Of a stretch of 64,000 bases of DNA, positions 9,521 through 19,728 are shown piece after piece. The translations under genes and the position numbers were made by a program. This DNA comes from Candidatus Cloacimonadota bacterium (lineage in GTDB: Bacteria > Cloacimonadota > Cloacimonadia > G963667145), in assembly GCA_963667145.1 (NCBI GenBank), contig OY762943.1, positions 498,122-562,121 on the forward strand, written 5' to 3'. The notes below the pieces were generated by a model. That model did no database searches, was not told the origin of the DNA, and saw only the letters and a program-made list of their open reading frames with translations. The stretch's first letter is position 1. The number at the start of each line of letters is the position of its first letter.

Positions 9521-10903
9521 ATGCGTAAACTTACCCTACTATTTTGCTTGTGTTTTGGATTGCTCTTTGGAAAATCCTTAGTCGAAGTTGATATCGTAGC
9601 TTTTCAGCAATTAGCTGGCAGAACTAATACCGCCGAAAGTAGCTACGGTTTCAACGAATTGCATAGCAAAATTTCCTCCGAGTTCTCTAATTCCATCATA
9701 GTTGGATTGGGGAATAATTACTACGGTTCTTTCAGATCTTTACGAAATAAAGATAAATCTGTTGCTATCGAATTGAAGAAGCTGAACGCCGACCTATGTT
9801 TGCTATCTGGCGAGGATTTAATTTGTGGACTGAAAGATTATTTAGAGTATAATGACATTGCTGGCATCAAAACTTTAGGAGCTAATCTAAAAAGCAATAA
9901 AGAGAAAAACCTAAAAGGCATTTTTCCCTCTTTCACCATAGAAAAAAGCGGATATAAAATTTTGTTTATTGGAGGATGTTCAGAAAATCTATTCATAAAC
10001 GACGAAATATCCACTTCTTCAATATCTAAAGCGGTTGAAGCAAAAATTAGTGAAGCCGTGAGAACCAAGAATATTCCCAATGCTGTGGTCGTTCTGCTTG
10101 ATATTCCCAACAGTTTTGACGCTTTTGGCAGACAGATTACCAATGAAGCCTTAAGAAAAGTCAGCAAAATTGATGGAGTTTCAGCCATCATTATGAACGA
10201 CAATAAATCTTCGTCTTACTCTACAAAAACAAAGTCCATTCCTCTAATCAACACGAGTGTGCAAGAAGGAACAATTTCTCACGTTAAGCTCAGCTTTGAC
10301 CCTAAATTCAAATTTTTAGCTTCTGCCAGTTCAGAAATAATCACTCTTGAAAAAAATACCACATCAACTGAAACCCCCGAAATTGTTGCTACCTCAAACT
10401 CCGTTATAAGTCACAAATCTACCCGAAAAAAACCAATCTCTCCATTGGGAAAAATTGTTTGCCGAAATTTGGCTGAAAGCAGTGGAGCAGATTTTGTGGT
10501 ACTTCCTCAAAATATTTTCAAGAACTCCTTACCAAATGGAAAAGTTTTTGACAAAGATGTTTATCAAATCTTCAAAACTGACCATCGCTTGTTTACCGCA
10601 AAAGTTAGTGGAAAGAAACTTAAAGAGATTTTTGAGCTTATAATCTTCAAAAACAAACGGTATCAATATTACGCCCCTGAGTTGAAGCACAATCAAAGCG
10701 AAATTACTTCTCTTAAATGTTCGGGATTTTTTGGTCTTTCTCAGATCAAAGACTATTCCCAATACTCCGTAGTAACAACTCAAGAGGGGTTTGACGAATT
10801 TCTAACAGACGGAAATAAAAAAAATTCTCTCAACAAATCTCTAATCTCTTCTCTTTTGGAGGAATTGAGAGGAAAAATTCTTTCTGCAGATCTCCAAAAT
10901 TAA
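9521..10903 (+). CDS. Divergent 5'-nucleotidase-like secreted protein
   Basis: Signal peptide; metallophosphoesterase-like N domain (LGANL, KILFIG) and 5'-NT C domain (SPLGK, GADFVV, VSGKKLKEIFE); metal ligands not recognisable. Confidence 0.6.
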   Translation: MRKLTLLFCLCFGLLFGKSLVEVDIVAFQQLAGRTNTAESSYGFNELHSKISSEFSNSIIVGLGNNYYGSFRSLRNKDKSVAIELKKLNADLCLLSGEDLICGLKDYLEYNDIAGIKTLGANLKSNKEKNLKGIFPSFTIEKSGYKILFIGGCSENLFINDEISTSSISKAVEAKISEAVRTKNIPNAVVVLLDIPNSFDAFGRQITNEALRKVSKIDGVSAIIMNDNKSSSYSTKTKSIPLINTSVQEGTISHVKLSFDPKFKFLASASSEIITLEKNTTSTETPEIVATSNSVISHKSTRKKPISPLGKIVCRNLAESSGADFVVLPQNIFKNSLPNGKVFDKDVYQIFKTDHRLFTAKVSGKKLKEIFELIIFKNKRYQYYAPELKHNQSEITSLKCSGFFGLSQIKDYSQYSVVTTQEGFDEFLTDGNKKNSLNKSLISSLLEELRGKILSADLQN

Positions 10904-10909
10904 ACTTTG

Positions 10910-11686
10910 ATGAAACCTATTGGTATTTTTGATTCTGGCGTTGGCGGTTTGACCATTTTCAAAGAGATTCGCAAGGTTTTTCCTCACGACGACATTATTT
11001 ATTTGGGCGACACAGCTCGACTTCCCTACGGAACCAAAAGCAAAGAAAGTATAATTAAGTTTTCTAGGGAAAATGTTCGATTCTTGCTCTCAAAAGATGT
11101 TAAAATAATTGTAGTTGCTTGTAATACCGCCAGTGCGTTGGCTATAGATGAATTGGAAAAAGAGTTTGATATTCCTATCATCGGTGTAATCAAAATCGGA
11201 GCAAAGTTGGCTGCTGACATCAGCAAGAACAAAAAAATCGGAATTATCGGCACGATTGCTACCGTCAAAAGCAAAGCCTATTCCACCGAGCTAACTGCAC
11301 TCGACAACACTATTCAAACACACAGCAAAAGCTGTCCGATGTTTGTTCCTTTGGTGGAAAACGGATACGAAAATCACGAAATTGCCAAAATTCTGATAGA
11401 GGAACATTTGCAAGATTTTCCCGACATCGACACCTTAATCTTGGGTTGCACGCACTATCCCGTGCTGAAAGAGAGAATTAACGAATATTTTCAAGGGAAA
11501 ATCAACTTGGTTGATTCTGGTGTTGCAATTAGTAATTTCTTAAAAACAAGAATAAAGCCATCTACCAAAAATAAAATCGGCAAAAATCAATTTTTTGTTA
11601 CGGACGACCAAGAAAATTTTTTGCTTTTATCTCGAAAAATCTTAAACGACCCTAACATCAAGCTGGAGCATGTCAATCTTATCTAA
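10910..11686 (+). CDS. murI: Glutamate racemase
   Basis: FDSGVGGL, PYGTKS, ACNTAS, LGCTHYP. Confidence 0.97.
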   Translation: MKPIGIFDSGVGGLTIFKEIRKVFPHDDIIYLGDTARLPYGTKSKESIIKFSRENVRFLLSKDVKIIVVACNTASALAIDELEKEFDIPIIGVIKIGAKLAADISKNKKIGIIGTIATVKSKAYSTELTALDNTIQTHSKSCPMFVPLVENGYENHEIAKILIEEHLQDFPDIDTLILGCTHYPVLKERINEYFQGKINLVDSGVAISNFLKTRIKPSTKNKIGKNQFFVTDDQENFLLLSRKILNDPNIKLEHVNLI

Positions 11687-12254
11687 GCAAAACATCTTTG
11701 CCAAAATTATTTTTTGTCTATATTTTTTTTACCCGCTCATTTCGTTAAACAAAATTTCAATTTCTCTCGTTCTAATTTTTCTCTTATTAAAACCATCACT
11801 CTACAAAAATTGGTTTATCATCGTAATCAAATTCCTACCACTATTCTCATTCTACTTAGGATTTGCACTCTTGCAAGGGAAAAGCGGTCATCAGGAACTC
11901 ATTTTAATCAGCAAGCTGTCACTTATTTTGTTACTATCCATTTATTTAAGCAAGTCCACTTCTATCGAAAATTTTTGCTCAGACTTACATTTTTTTGGCA
12001 AAAAGCTCCTGCTCCCTCTACTAATAATTGAATTCATAGACACAATTTTGAAAAATAAAAAGAAATTTATTTTGAATTACCGTGATTTTTTCAACAACAA
12101 CTTCTTTTTTCAGTTGGAAAAAAAATCTATACGAAATCTTAAACTGTGTATGCCCCGCAAATTTTCGTGGACTGCAAACGGTTATATAGCCTTGTTTATA
12201 TTGACAAATTCCCTCTTGCAAAATTTTTCTGACTTAAATAACATTTTTTTTTAG
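11670..12254 (+). CDS. Hypothetical membrane protein (weakly EcfT-like)
   Basis: Hydrophobic ORF filling the gap between murI and purU. Confidence 0.5.
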   Translation: MSILSKQNIFAKIIFCLYFFYPLISLNKISISLVLIFLLLKPSLYKNWFIIVIKFLPLFSFYLGFALLQGKSGHQELILISKLSLILLLSIYLSKSTSIENFCSDLHFFGKKLLLPLLIIEFIDTILKNKKKFILNYRDFFNNNFFFQLEKKSIRNLKLCMPRKFSWTANGYIALFILTNSLLQNFSDLNNIFF

Positions 12255-12266
12255 AAAGGGCTTATC

Positions 12267-13112
12267 ATGAATTCACATGCGATACTTTTAATCAGTTGTC
12301 ACGACCAAATGGGAATCAGTGCCAAAGTTACTGCATTTTTGGCGAAATACAAGGGAAATATTGTTGAAATTGAACAACATGTGGAAGACGACAAGTTTTT
12401 CATGAGAGCAAGGTGGTCTCTTTGCGATTTTGAATTGAAGAGAGAAAACATTGAAGCCAAATTCGATGACGAGGTGGCATCTTACCTAACTGATGCAAAG
12501 TTTCAATTTTTCTTTACGGATACAAAGCCCAGATTAGCGATTTTTGTTTCCAAAGCCTCGCATTGCCTGTTCGATATACTTTCACGAAGAAGCTCGTTTC
12601 CCATGGAGATTTCTCTCATCATTTCCAATCATGACAAGTTAGAACCAATCGCCAAATCTTTTGGCATCCCTTTTTTCTATTTGCCTGTTACCAAAGAAAA
12701 TAAAGCAGAAGTAGAAAAAAAACAATTAGAATTATTAAAAGAAAACGATATAACTCTTGTTGTTTTAGCAAGATATATGCAAATATTGTCTAACCAAATT
12801 ATCGAGAAATTCCCCAACAGAATTATCAACATTCATCACTCATTTTTGCCAGCATTTCCTGGAGCCAAACCTTATCATCAAGCGTTTGCCAAAGGCGTGA
12901 AAATAATTGGGGCAACCAGTCACTATGTGACGGAGCAATTGGACGAAGGTCCGATAATAGAGCAAGATGTTGCCAGAGTTTCGCACAGTGACTCGGTAAA
13001 CGAACTGATTAGGAAAGGGAAAGATTTGGAAAAAATCGTGCTATCTAGGGCAATTTACAACCACATCAATCACAAAATAATCACGCACAAAAACAAAACT
13101 TTTATTCTCTAA
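12267..13112 (+). CDS. purU: Formyltetrahydrofolate deformylase
   Basis: ACT domain, LARYMQILS, INIHHSFLPAFPGAKPY, LDEGPIIEQ. Confidence 0.97.
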   Translation: MNSHAILLISCHDQMGISAKVTAFLAKYKGNIVEIEQHVEDDKFFMRARWSLCDFELKRENIEAKFDDEVASYLTDAKFQFFFTDTKPRLAIFVSKASHCLFDILSRRSSFPMEISLIISNHDKLEPIAKSFGIPFFYLPVTKENKAEVEKKQLELLKENDITLVVLARYMQILSNQIIEKFPNRIINIHHSFLPAFPGAKPYHQAFAKGVKIIGATSHYVTEQLDEGPIIEQDVARVSHSDSVNELIRKGKDLEKIVLSRAIYNHINHKIITHKNKTFIL

Positions 13113-14398
13113 CTGCCAAAAACCCTAACGAATATTTTGTCCACATTCCGCAAAAAAGAGGCTTCCGAAAAGATTTCATCTATAGCTTCTTCGGACAGAT
13201 TTATCTCGGAATTTGCTTTAACTAACTCTTTCAAATCAATCTTCTCGTCCCACGCTTGATGAGCCAGTTTTTGCACCAAATAATAAGCTTCTTCCCGCAA
13301 CATTCCTGACTTGGTCAAAGCCAACATCAGCTTTTGGGAAAACACAATCCCTTTGGTTTTGTTCAAATTATCTTTCAAATTGTCTTCCAAGACATTTATA
13401 TTTTGCAAAATTTTTAGTAATCTCGCCAACATGTAATCTACCAAAATAGAGCTATCCGCCAAAGTTACTCGCTCGCAAGAGGAATTGGACAAATCCCGCT
13501 CATGCCACAAAGCTACATTCTCCATTCCAGCAAGAGCGTAACCACGAACAATTCGCGACAATCCAGTAATATTTTCCGCAGAAATCGGATTTCTTTTGTG
13601 AGGCATCGCCGAAGAACCTTTTTGCCCTTTGCTAAATCCTTCCTCCAACTCCCTAATCTCAGTCCTTTGCAAATTCCGCAACTCAACAGCAACTTTTTCC
13701 ATACAAGAAGCGAGCAAAGCACAAAAATTCAAGTATTCAGAATGCCTGTCTCTCTGCAAAATTTGTGTGGAAATCTTGGCAAAATTCAACCCCAAGAAAG
13801 ATAGAGCTTTCTCCTCTACCTCAGGTTCTGTGGAAGAAAATGTGCCCACAGCACCAGAAAGTTTGCCAACAGCAACTCGCTCCCTCAACTGCTCCAATCT
13901 CTGGCTATTCCGATTAAAATCTTCGTACCAAAGAGCAAATTTCAACCCGAGGCTAATAGGCTCAGCGTGAACGCCGTGAGTTCTGCCCATTTGTGGTAAA
14001 TCTTTGTAGCGATATGCCAACTCCTTGAGCCTATCCATCAGCGATGCAATGCCTTCGGAAATTATATCCAAAGATTCCGAAAACTGCAATCCCAAAGCGG
14101 AATCGAGAACATCGGAAGAGGTAAGTCCAACATGTACATAGCGAGAATTATCGCCCACATTTTCGGCAACATTTGTCAAAAAAGCTATCACATCGTGCTT
14201 AACATCTTTTTCAATTTCCCTCAGTCGAGATAAAGTGTAAGAAGCTTTTCTCTCTATCTCTTCGAATGCTTCATGCGGAATAATGCCCAATTCAGCTTTT
14301 GCTTTGCAAACGGCAATTTCCACCGCCAACATCTTGTCAAACTTGCTCTCGTCACTCCATACCCGAGCCATTTTTTCTCTGGAATATCTGTCTATCAT
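13109..14398 (-). CDS. purB: Adenylosuccinate lyase
   Basis: MIDRY, HDVIAF, GRTHGVHAEP, GSSAMPHKRNP. Confidence 0.97.
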   Translation of the reverse strand: MIDRYSREKMARVWSDESKFDKMLAVEIAVCKAKAELGIIPHEAFEEIERKASYTLSRLREIEKDVKHDVIAFLTNVAENVGDNSRYVHVGLTSSDVLDSALGLQFSESLDIISEGIASLMDRLKELAYRYKDLPQMGRTHGVHAEPISLGLKFALWYEDFNRNSQRLEQLRERVAVGKLSGAVGTFSSTEPEVEEKALSFLGLNFAKISTQILQRDRHSEYLNFCALLASCMEKVAVELRNLQRTEIRELEEGFSKGQKGSSAMPHKRNPISAENITGLSRIVRGYALAGMENVALWHERDLSNSSCERVTLADSSILVDYMLARLLKILQNINVLEDNLKDNLNKTKGIVFSQKLMLALTKSGMLREEAYYLVQKLAHQAWDEKIDLKELVKANSEINLSEEAIDEIFSEASFLRNVDKIFVRVFGS

Positions 14399-14419
14399 CT
14401 CACTTAAAACCTTTCAATT

Positions 14420-15040
14420 TCATTCAACAACAACCTGAGGCAAAATGCTTTCCAATTTCTTTGTGCCAATGCCTTTGACGTTGATTAAATCTTTAGTCGA
14501 TTTGAACTTGCCATGTTCATTTCTATAATTCACAATCTTCTCCGCTGTCGCTTTGCCGATGCCTTTAATCGTGGTCAGCTCTTCAACTCCAGCGGTATTC
14601 AGATTAACAGATGTAGCCCTTCTGTCGTACTCTGTATCTGCTTTCTTTTCTTGCGATATTTTTTTGGTATGATTTGCACCAAAAGGAACAAAGAACTCTT
14701 TTAGTTTGTCAAATTTGGCAGGACCAATCCCCTTGACCGTCATCAAATCTTCCAAGGAAGCAAATTCTGCACGGACAGCAATAATTTTGGCAGCTGTTTT
14801 CGTTCCTATTCCAGGTACCATTTCCAGCTCTTTTGCCGAAGCTGATCTCACGTCAATCATCACCTTAGCATCGACTTTGACGGCTTCGCTTATTTCTTCG
14901 GCTATTTCTTTTTGATTTTTAGGCTCGTATGAAAAGAGGTTTAGAACTTTGCCAAAAGCAAAAAAAATGACCAAAAAGAGAAGAATTCGTTGTTGAGTTT
15001 TGGTCAAAAAGTTGTCAAAAAAGTTGCTAAACCTTTCCAT
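14420..15040 (-). CDS. ComEA-like helix-hairpin-helix DNA-binding protein
   Basis: N-terminal TM segment and two HhH pairs (VPGIG, VKGIG, IKGIG, VKGIG). Confidence 0.85.
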   Translation of the reverse strand: MERFSNFFDNFLTKTQQRILLFLVIFFAFGKVLNLFSYEPKNQKEIAEEISEAVKVDAKVMIDVRSASAKELEMVPGIGTKTAAKIIAVRAEFASLEDLMTVKGIGPAKFDKLKEFFVPFGANHTKKISQEKKADTEYDRRATSVNLNTAGVEELTTIKGIGKATAEKIVNYRNEHGKFKSTKDLINVKGIGTKKLESILPQVVVE

Positions 15041-15518
15041 GAGAATCTATATCTGCTTTCATCTGAAGCATATGTGTCAACAGCGGTTCAATCTCATGCC
15101 AATACTCTTTTACAGCTTTGAGGCTTCCTGGGAGCGTAAAAATTAGCGACTGTTTCGATAGTCCGCAAATGCCTCTACTAAGCAAAGCGTTCCTATTCCC
15201 ACTGCCATACTTCACTCTGATAAACTCCATCACTCCCGGAATAAATTTGTCAATCAGCGGTTGCACAACTTCAATCGTAACGTCCTGCGTACCTATGCCT
15301 GTGCCACCTGTGGTGAAAATCAAATCAATTTTTCGCTCAACTATTTCTTTGAGAATTGAAGCGAGTTTTTTCTCATCATCTGAAAGCAAATGGTACTCTC
15401 CCGAGTTCCCGCAAAAAGACTGCAATTGCTCAATCAAATAGTTACCGCTTTTGTCCTCGTAAACGCCCTGACTGGCTCTGGTGCTCAGCGACACAACAGC
15501 GAAGCTAATTTTTCCCAT
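15027..15518 (-). CDS. MogA/MoaB-family molybdopterin adenylyltransferase
   Basis: YEDKSG, TTGGTG, LSRG, LPGS motifs. Confidence 0.9.
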   Translation of the reverse strand: MGKISFAVVSLSTRASQGVYEDKSGNYLIEQLQSFCGNSGEYHLLSDDEKKLASILKEIVERKIDLIFTTGGTGIGTQDVTIEVVQPLIDKFIPGVMEFIRVKYGSGNRNALLSRGICGLSKQSLIFTLPGSLKAVKEYWHEIEPLLTHMLQMKADIDSHGKV

Positions 15519-15970
15519 TACAAGTCTTGTTTGGTTTTTTCCAAAAGAACTATATCCGAGAAGCTCATCTTCTTATCAACGGCTTTGCACATATCGTAAA
15601 TCGTGAGCAAAGCGACGCTCACGGCTGTCAGAGCTTCCATTTCAATGCCCGTAACATCCACAGCCACCACTTTGCTAAAGCAAAGAACTCCATCATCAAC
15701 AACCTCAAAATCTACAGCAACCTGAGAAATGAAAACGTTATGACACATGGGAATCAGCTCACTGGTCTTCTTGCTCCCCTGAATAGCAGCAACTTTTGCC
15801 ACAGCCAACACATTGCCCTTAATAATGCTATTAGACAAAATTTTCTCCACAGTCTCTTTTTGCAGGTTAATCTTGCCCTTAGCTTTAGCGATGCGAAGCT
15901 GTTTTGTCTTGTCGCTCACATCCACCATCTTCGCTTGATAATTTTTATCAAGGTGAGTAAAATCACTCAT
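15518..15970 (-). CDS. moaC: Cyclic pyranopterin monophosphate synthase
   Basis: MVDVSDK, LIPMCH, TGIEMEAL, IYDMCKAVD. Confidence 0.95.
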   Translation of the reverse strand: MSDFTHLDKNYQAKMVDVSDKTKQLRIAKAKGKINLQKETVEKILSNSIIKGNVLAVAKVAAIQGSKKTSELIPMCHNVFISQVAVDFEVVDDGVLCFSKVVAVDVTGIEMEALTAVSVALLTIYDMCKAVDKKMSFSDIVLLEKTKQDL

Positions 15971-17852
15971 TGCCAACCTCATTCTGCAATCTTTTCATTT
16001 CCAACTCTTCTATTTTCAATTGTAATGGACGATTCAGAGTCGAACACAAATCCACAACTTTCTCCTGAATTTCCAAAGCCATTTCTGGATAATCACCAAT
16101 TATATTTTTGTACTCCCTGAAAGCATCATCGAATTTTCGCGATTTTTCATAGCTATTAGCAATCATCAGATGAACCTTTTGCCGTTGAGGGCTGTTCTTG
16201 AATTTTTCCAAAAATTCCCTGCCTCTACTAATAACTCGAGCATAATTCGTCTCTTGAAAATCGTTATAAATCGATTCCGAAAGTGCTTCTTGCTCAGACT
16301 TAGCTTTTTCGCCTGTTTCTCCCTGACACATTTTCAACTTAATAGCCGCATCGTTATATTTTTTGCCAGATGGATAACGCTCCATCACTTGCGAAAAATA
16401 GGAGATTGCGTCTTCAAATTTCCCCAAAGCGTAATAACATTCCCCAATCCAATACAAGCTATTTTCAACCAATCCGTCCGTGGGATATTTGTTAATAAAG
16501 GACTCAAACGAGGCTATAGCGTCCATAAATTTCTTTCCGCTGTACAAAGCATAACTCTTTTGGTACAAAATTTCTTGCGGTGTTTTGTCATCAATTCCGA
16601 GTTTCTCTTTGGACATACTAATTTTTATCCGAGCATGATTTGCTTTTTGTGAATCGGGAAACAGATGTAAAATCTTTTCAAAAACCTCTATCGCCTTTCT
16701 GTAATTCCCGATGGAGTAATAGCATTCGCCTTTCCAATAATAAGCGTTCGGCACGTATTTGCCATTAGGATAAGCCGAAATGTATTCATCAAACTCTCCT
16801 ATCGCCTTGTCGTATTTCCCTATCAAATAGTACTTACGAACGTTTTTGTACTCGGTGAATTCATCCGATTTTCTAACACTTTTTTTGGTGTTGAGTATCA
16901 TATCAATTTTGATTTGGGCATCTTTTGCTTTATCGGAGTCGGGATAATTTTTAATTACCTTCTTAAATTCACGTAACGCTATATCTTTCTTATCCAAAGA
17001 ATAATAAGACTCCGCAAGCCAATACTGGCAATTCGGAGCAAATTTGTTTGTTGGATAAAGAGTGAGGAAATCGGAAAATTCACGAATTGCTGAGCTGTAG
17101 CGTTTTTGATTATGCTCGTTCAAGGCTCGGCTGTAAATATCTTGAAGCGAATTTTTCTCTTTCTTCTTTTGCAAGGTTGCTATTCTATCCAATCGCCTCT
17201 GAGCCAAATATTTTTCTTCACTCTGCGGATACTTTTCAATTACCTCTTGGAATAACTTTGAAGCGGTGTCAAACTCACCCAAATTCAAATAGCAATCGGC
17301 AATCAAAAAATCAACGTTAGAACTAAAAGGACTTTCGGCATACTTCCCACGATACATAATAAAAGCACTCAGAGCGTATTTGTAGAGATTGTCATCAAAC
17401 AAATCTTTGCACTTCTCGAAATCCACCTGAGCTCCGTTCGTCCCAATCTCCAAACTGGAAACGAAATCGTCTTTATAATCGGTAGCCTTGGCAATCTTGC
17501 CTTTAACGTAGCTCTTCAGCTTGTAATCGGGGTACTTCTCCAAAATCTGATTGTAAATCTTAATCGAATTATTGTAATCTTTCAACTCAAAATAGGATTG
17601 CCCGACATTTAACATAACATCGGCAGAATAAGGACCATCAGGGAAAGTATTTAAAAAAGTTTCACCTAAGCGAATCGTGTTTTCATACTCCTTCTGCCCA
17701 TAATGGCTAAGGATAATGTTGTACTGCTTTTCCTGAATGCCTATTCCTTTGGACACATTTCCATCGCTATCCACGATTTTATAGACAATGACCAATCCAG
17801 AAACAACAGCTAATAGCGAGAAAAAAATGATAGTTAGGCGACGTATAGACAT
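15963..17852 (-). CDS. Membrane-anchored multi-TPR protein (CpoB/BamD-like repeats)
   Basis: N-terminal TM segment; repeated F..YP.S....NA.YW.GECYY units. Confidence 0.85.
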   Translation of the reverse strand: MSIRRLTIIFFSLLAVVSGLVIVYKIVDSDGNVSKGIGIQEKQYNIILSHYGQKEYENTIRLGETFLNTFPDGPYSADVMLNVGQSYFELKDYNNSIKIYNQILEKYPDYKLKSYVKGKIAKATDYKDDFVSSLEIGTNGAQVDFEKCKDLFDDNLYKYALSAFIMYRGKYAESPFSSNVDFLIADCYLNLGEFDTASKLFQEVIEKYPQSEEKYLAQRRLDRIATLQKKKEKNSLQDIYSRALNEHNQKRYSSAIREFSDFLTLYPTNKFAPNCQYWLAESYYSLDKKDIALREFKKVIKNYPDSDKAKDAQIKIDMILNTKKSVRKSDEFTEYKNVRKYYLIGKYDKAIGEFDEYISAYPNGKYVPNAYYWKGECYYSIGNYRKAIEVFEKILHLFPDSQKANHARIKISMSKEKLGIDDKTPQEILYQKSYALYSGKKFMDAIASFESFINKYPTDGLVENSLYWIGECYYALGKFEDAISYFSQVMERYPSGKKYNDAAIKLKMCQGETGEKAKSEQEALSESIYNDFQETNYARVISRGREFLEKFKNSPQRQKVHLMIANSYEKSRKFDDAFREYKNIIGDYPEMALEIQEKVVDLCSTLNRPLQLKIEELEMKRLQNEVGNE

Positions 17853-17859
17853 GAAAAAA

Positions 17860-19242
17860 CTAACACTCCCTCAAAAAGCTAAGATAAGCCAAATAGGTGT
17901 TATAGACATCAACCTTACTGGACAATTCATAAAGCGAATGCATTCCAAATAAACCAGTTCCACAATCGATAACGTCCGCTCCTAACTCAGCCAGATATTT
18001 GGCAATCGTGCCTCCACCGCCTTCATCAACTTTACCCAGTCCTCCCATTTGCCAAGAAATTCCGTTCTTCTCAAAAATTCTAATCAGCTTGGACGTAAAT
18101 TCGCTACTGGCATCGCTGGAAGAGTATTTGCCTCCTCCACCTCCGAACTTGCAAATCTCTACTCCCGAACCAAGAATTGTCGCATTCTGCTTGTCATGAA
18201 CTTCTTGATAATTGGGGTTCAAAGCAGCCGAAACATCAGCCGAAATTATTTGAGAATTGGTCAACGCTCTACCGAGTGAATAGCTATCATAACTCTCGCC
18301 ATTGAGCTTCATGAGTTCTTGGATAAAATTTTTAAAAAAAGCGGACTTTGCTCCAGTATTGCCGTCACTGCCTATCTCTTCCTTATCCGCAAAATAGCAA
18401 ACAACTGTCTTATCGTTCGCTTCCAAATCCAAAACAGACCTCAATCCACAATAGGAACAAACTCTGTCGTCCTGACCGTAGGACAAAATCATAGACGCAT
18501 CCAAACCAGCATCACGAGCAAGTCCCGCAGGTACCAAACTCAACTCCGCAGACAAAAAATCTTGCTCTTTAATTCCGTATTTCTCAGACAAAAGTTCCAA
18601 AGCTCGCAGTTTGAATTTCGACTTAATCTCCTTATCATCATCACCAAAAGCAGGCATAGAAGAAAAAACCAAATTCATTTTGTTCGCATCAAAAGCGTCG
18701 GTTAACTTCTTAGCGTATTGCACTTTCCGCGAAAGATGAGGAAGCAAATCTGGAATCACAAAAACAGGGTCGCTCGGATTTTCGCCAATGTCGATTTTGA
18801 CCTTCTCCCCGTTCGCCTTCATCACAACTCCGTGAAGAGCCAAAGGAGTGGACAACCACTGATACTTTTTAATCCCACCATAGTAATGTGTCTTCGCCAT
18901 GCAAACATCGTCGGACTCATAAAATGGATTTTGCTTGAGGTCAACTCTCGGCGAATCGATGTGCGAAGCAATCACATTCACACCGTCCTGAATAGAAGCG
19001 TTACCAAGAATGGCAAACGCTATGCTCTTGGATTTGAAAACCTTATAAACTCGGGAACCACCTGCTTCAATAGTTTTGAAACCAGCTTTCTCCAAAAGTT
19101 CAACTGTATAATCGACACTAAGTCGCTCTGTTTTGCAACTGTTCAAAAACTCTTTATATCCTTCAGCAAAAGCAAACACTTTCTCTTTATTATCTTTTCG
19201 CCAAGCTGTTTTCTTTTCGTATAATAACTTTTCGGATGCCAT
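17860..19242 (-). CDS. M18-family aminopeptidase
   Basis: SHIDSPR, YYGGIKKYQW, GQDDR, DKEEIGS, GGGGTIA, MHS. Confidence 0.93.
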   Translation of the reverse strand: MASEKLLYEKKTAWRKDNKEKVFAFAEGYKEFLNSCKTERLSVDYTVELLEKAGFKTIEAGGSRVYKVFKSKSIAFAILGNASIQDGVNVIASHIDSPRVDLKQNPFYESDDVCMAKTHYYGGIKKYQWLSTPLALHGVVMKANGEKVKIDIGENPSDPVFVIPDLLPHLSRKVQYAKKLTDAFDANKMNLVFSSMPAFGDDDKEIKSKFKLRALELLSEKYGIKEQDFLSAELSLVPAGLARDAGLDASMILSYGQDDRVCSYCGLRSVLDLEANDKTVVCYFADKEEIGSDGNTGAKSAFFKNFIQELMKLNGESYDSYSLGRALTNSQIISADVSAALNPNYQEVHDKQNATILGSGVEICKFGGGGGKYSSSDASSEFTSKLIRIFEKNGISWQMGGLGKVDEGGGGTIAKYLAELGADVIDCGTGLFGMHSLYELSSKVDVYNTYLAYLSFLREC

Positions 19243-19719
19243 CTAATCTCTCCAAATCTCTACTACAGAATAAGTAATGTCTCCCGAGGGTGCACTGACA
19301 ACAAACTCTTCGCCAACCTTTTTCCCTATAATCGCCTTTCCCAGTGGCGACAAAAAAGAAATTGGGACAATACCATCACCAAAATCAAAATCGATTTCAT
19401 CAACTCCCACCAAAATATGACTGGATAAATTCCCGCTTACTTTCTCCTGCACTTTCACACAAAAGCCAAATCTAACAGCAGAATCGTCCATATTTTGGGG
19501 ATTGATTACCTGCAGTTTTTGTAATCTGGAAGAGATATATCCGATTTCGTTCTCAATGTTTCTTTTCCGTTCGCGTGCCGCGTGATACTCCGCATTTTCC
19601 GACAAATCACCCATTTCGCGAGCTGATGCCACCTGCTTCACAACTTCTGGCAAGCTGGATTTCAGTCCTTCCAGCTTCTCGTTCAACTTTCTTATTCCTA
19701 TAGCTGTAATATATTCCAT
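19243..19719 (-). CDS. greA: Transcription elongation factor GreA
   Basis: GDLSENAEYHAARE; ISFLSPLGKA. Confidence 0.93.
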   Translation of the reverse strand: MEYITAIGIRKLNEKLEGLKSSLPEVVKQVASAREMGDLSENAEYHAARERKRNIENEIGYISSRLQKLQVINPQNMDDSAVRFGFCVKVQEKVSGNLSSHILVGVDEIDFDFGDGIVPISFLSPLGKAIIGKKVGEEFVVSAPSGDITYSVVEIWRD

Positions 19720-19728
19720 AATTAAAAT

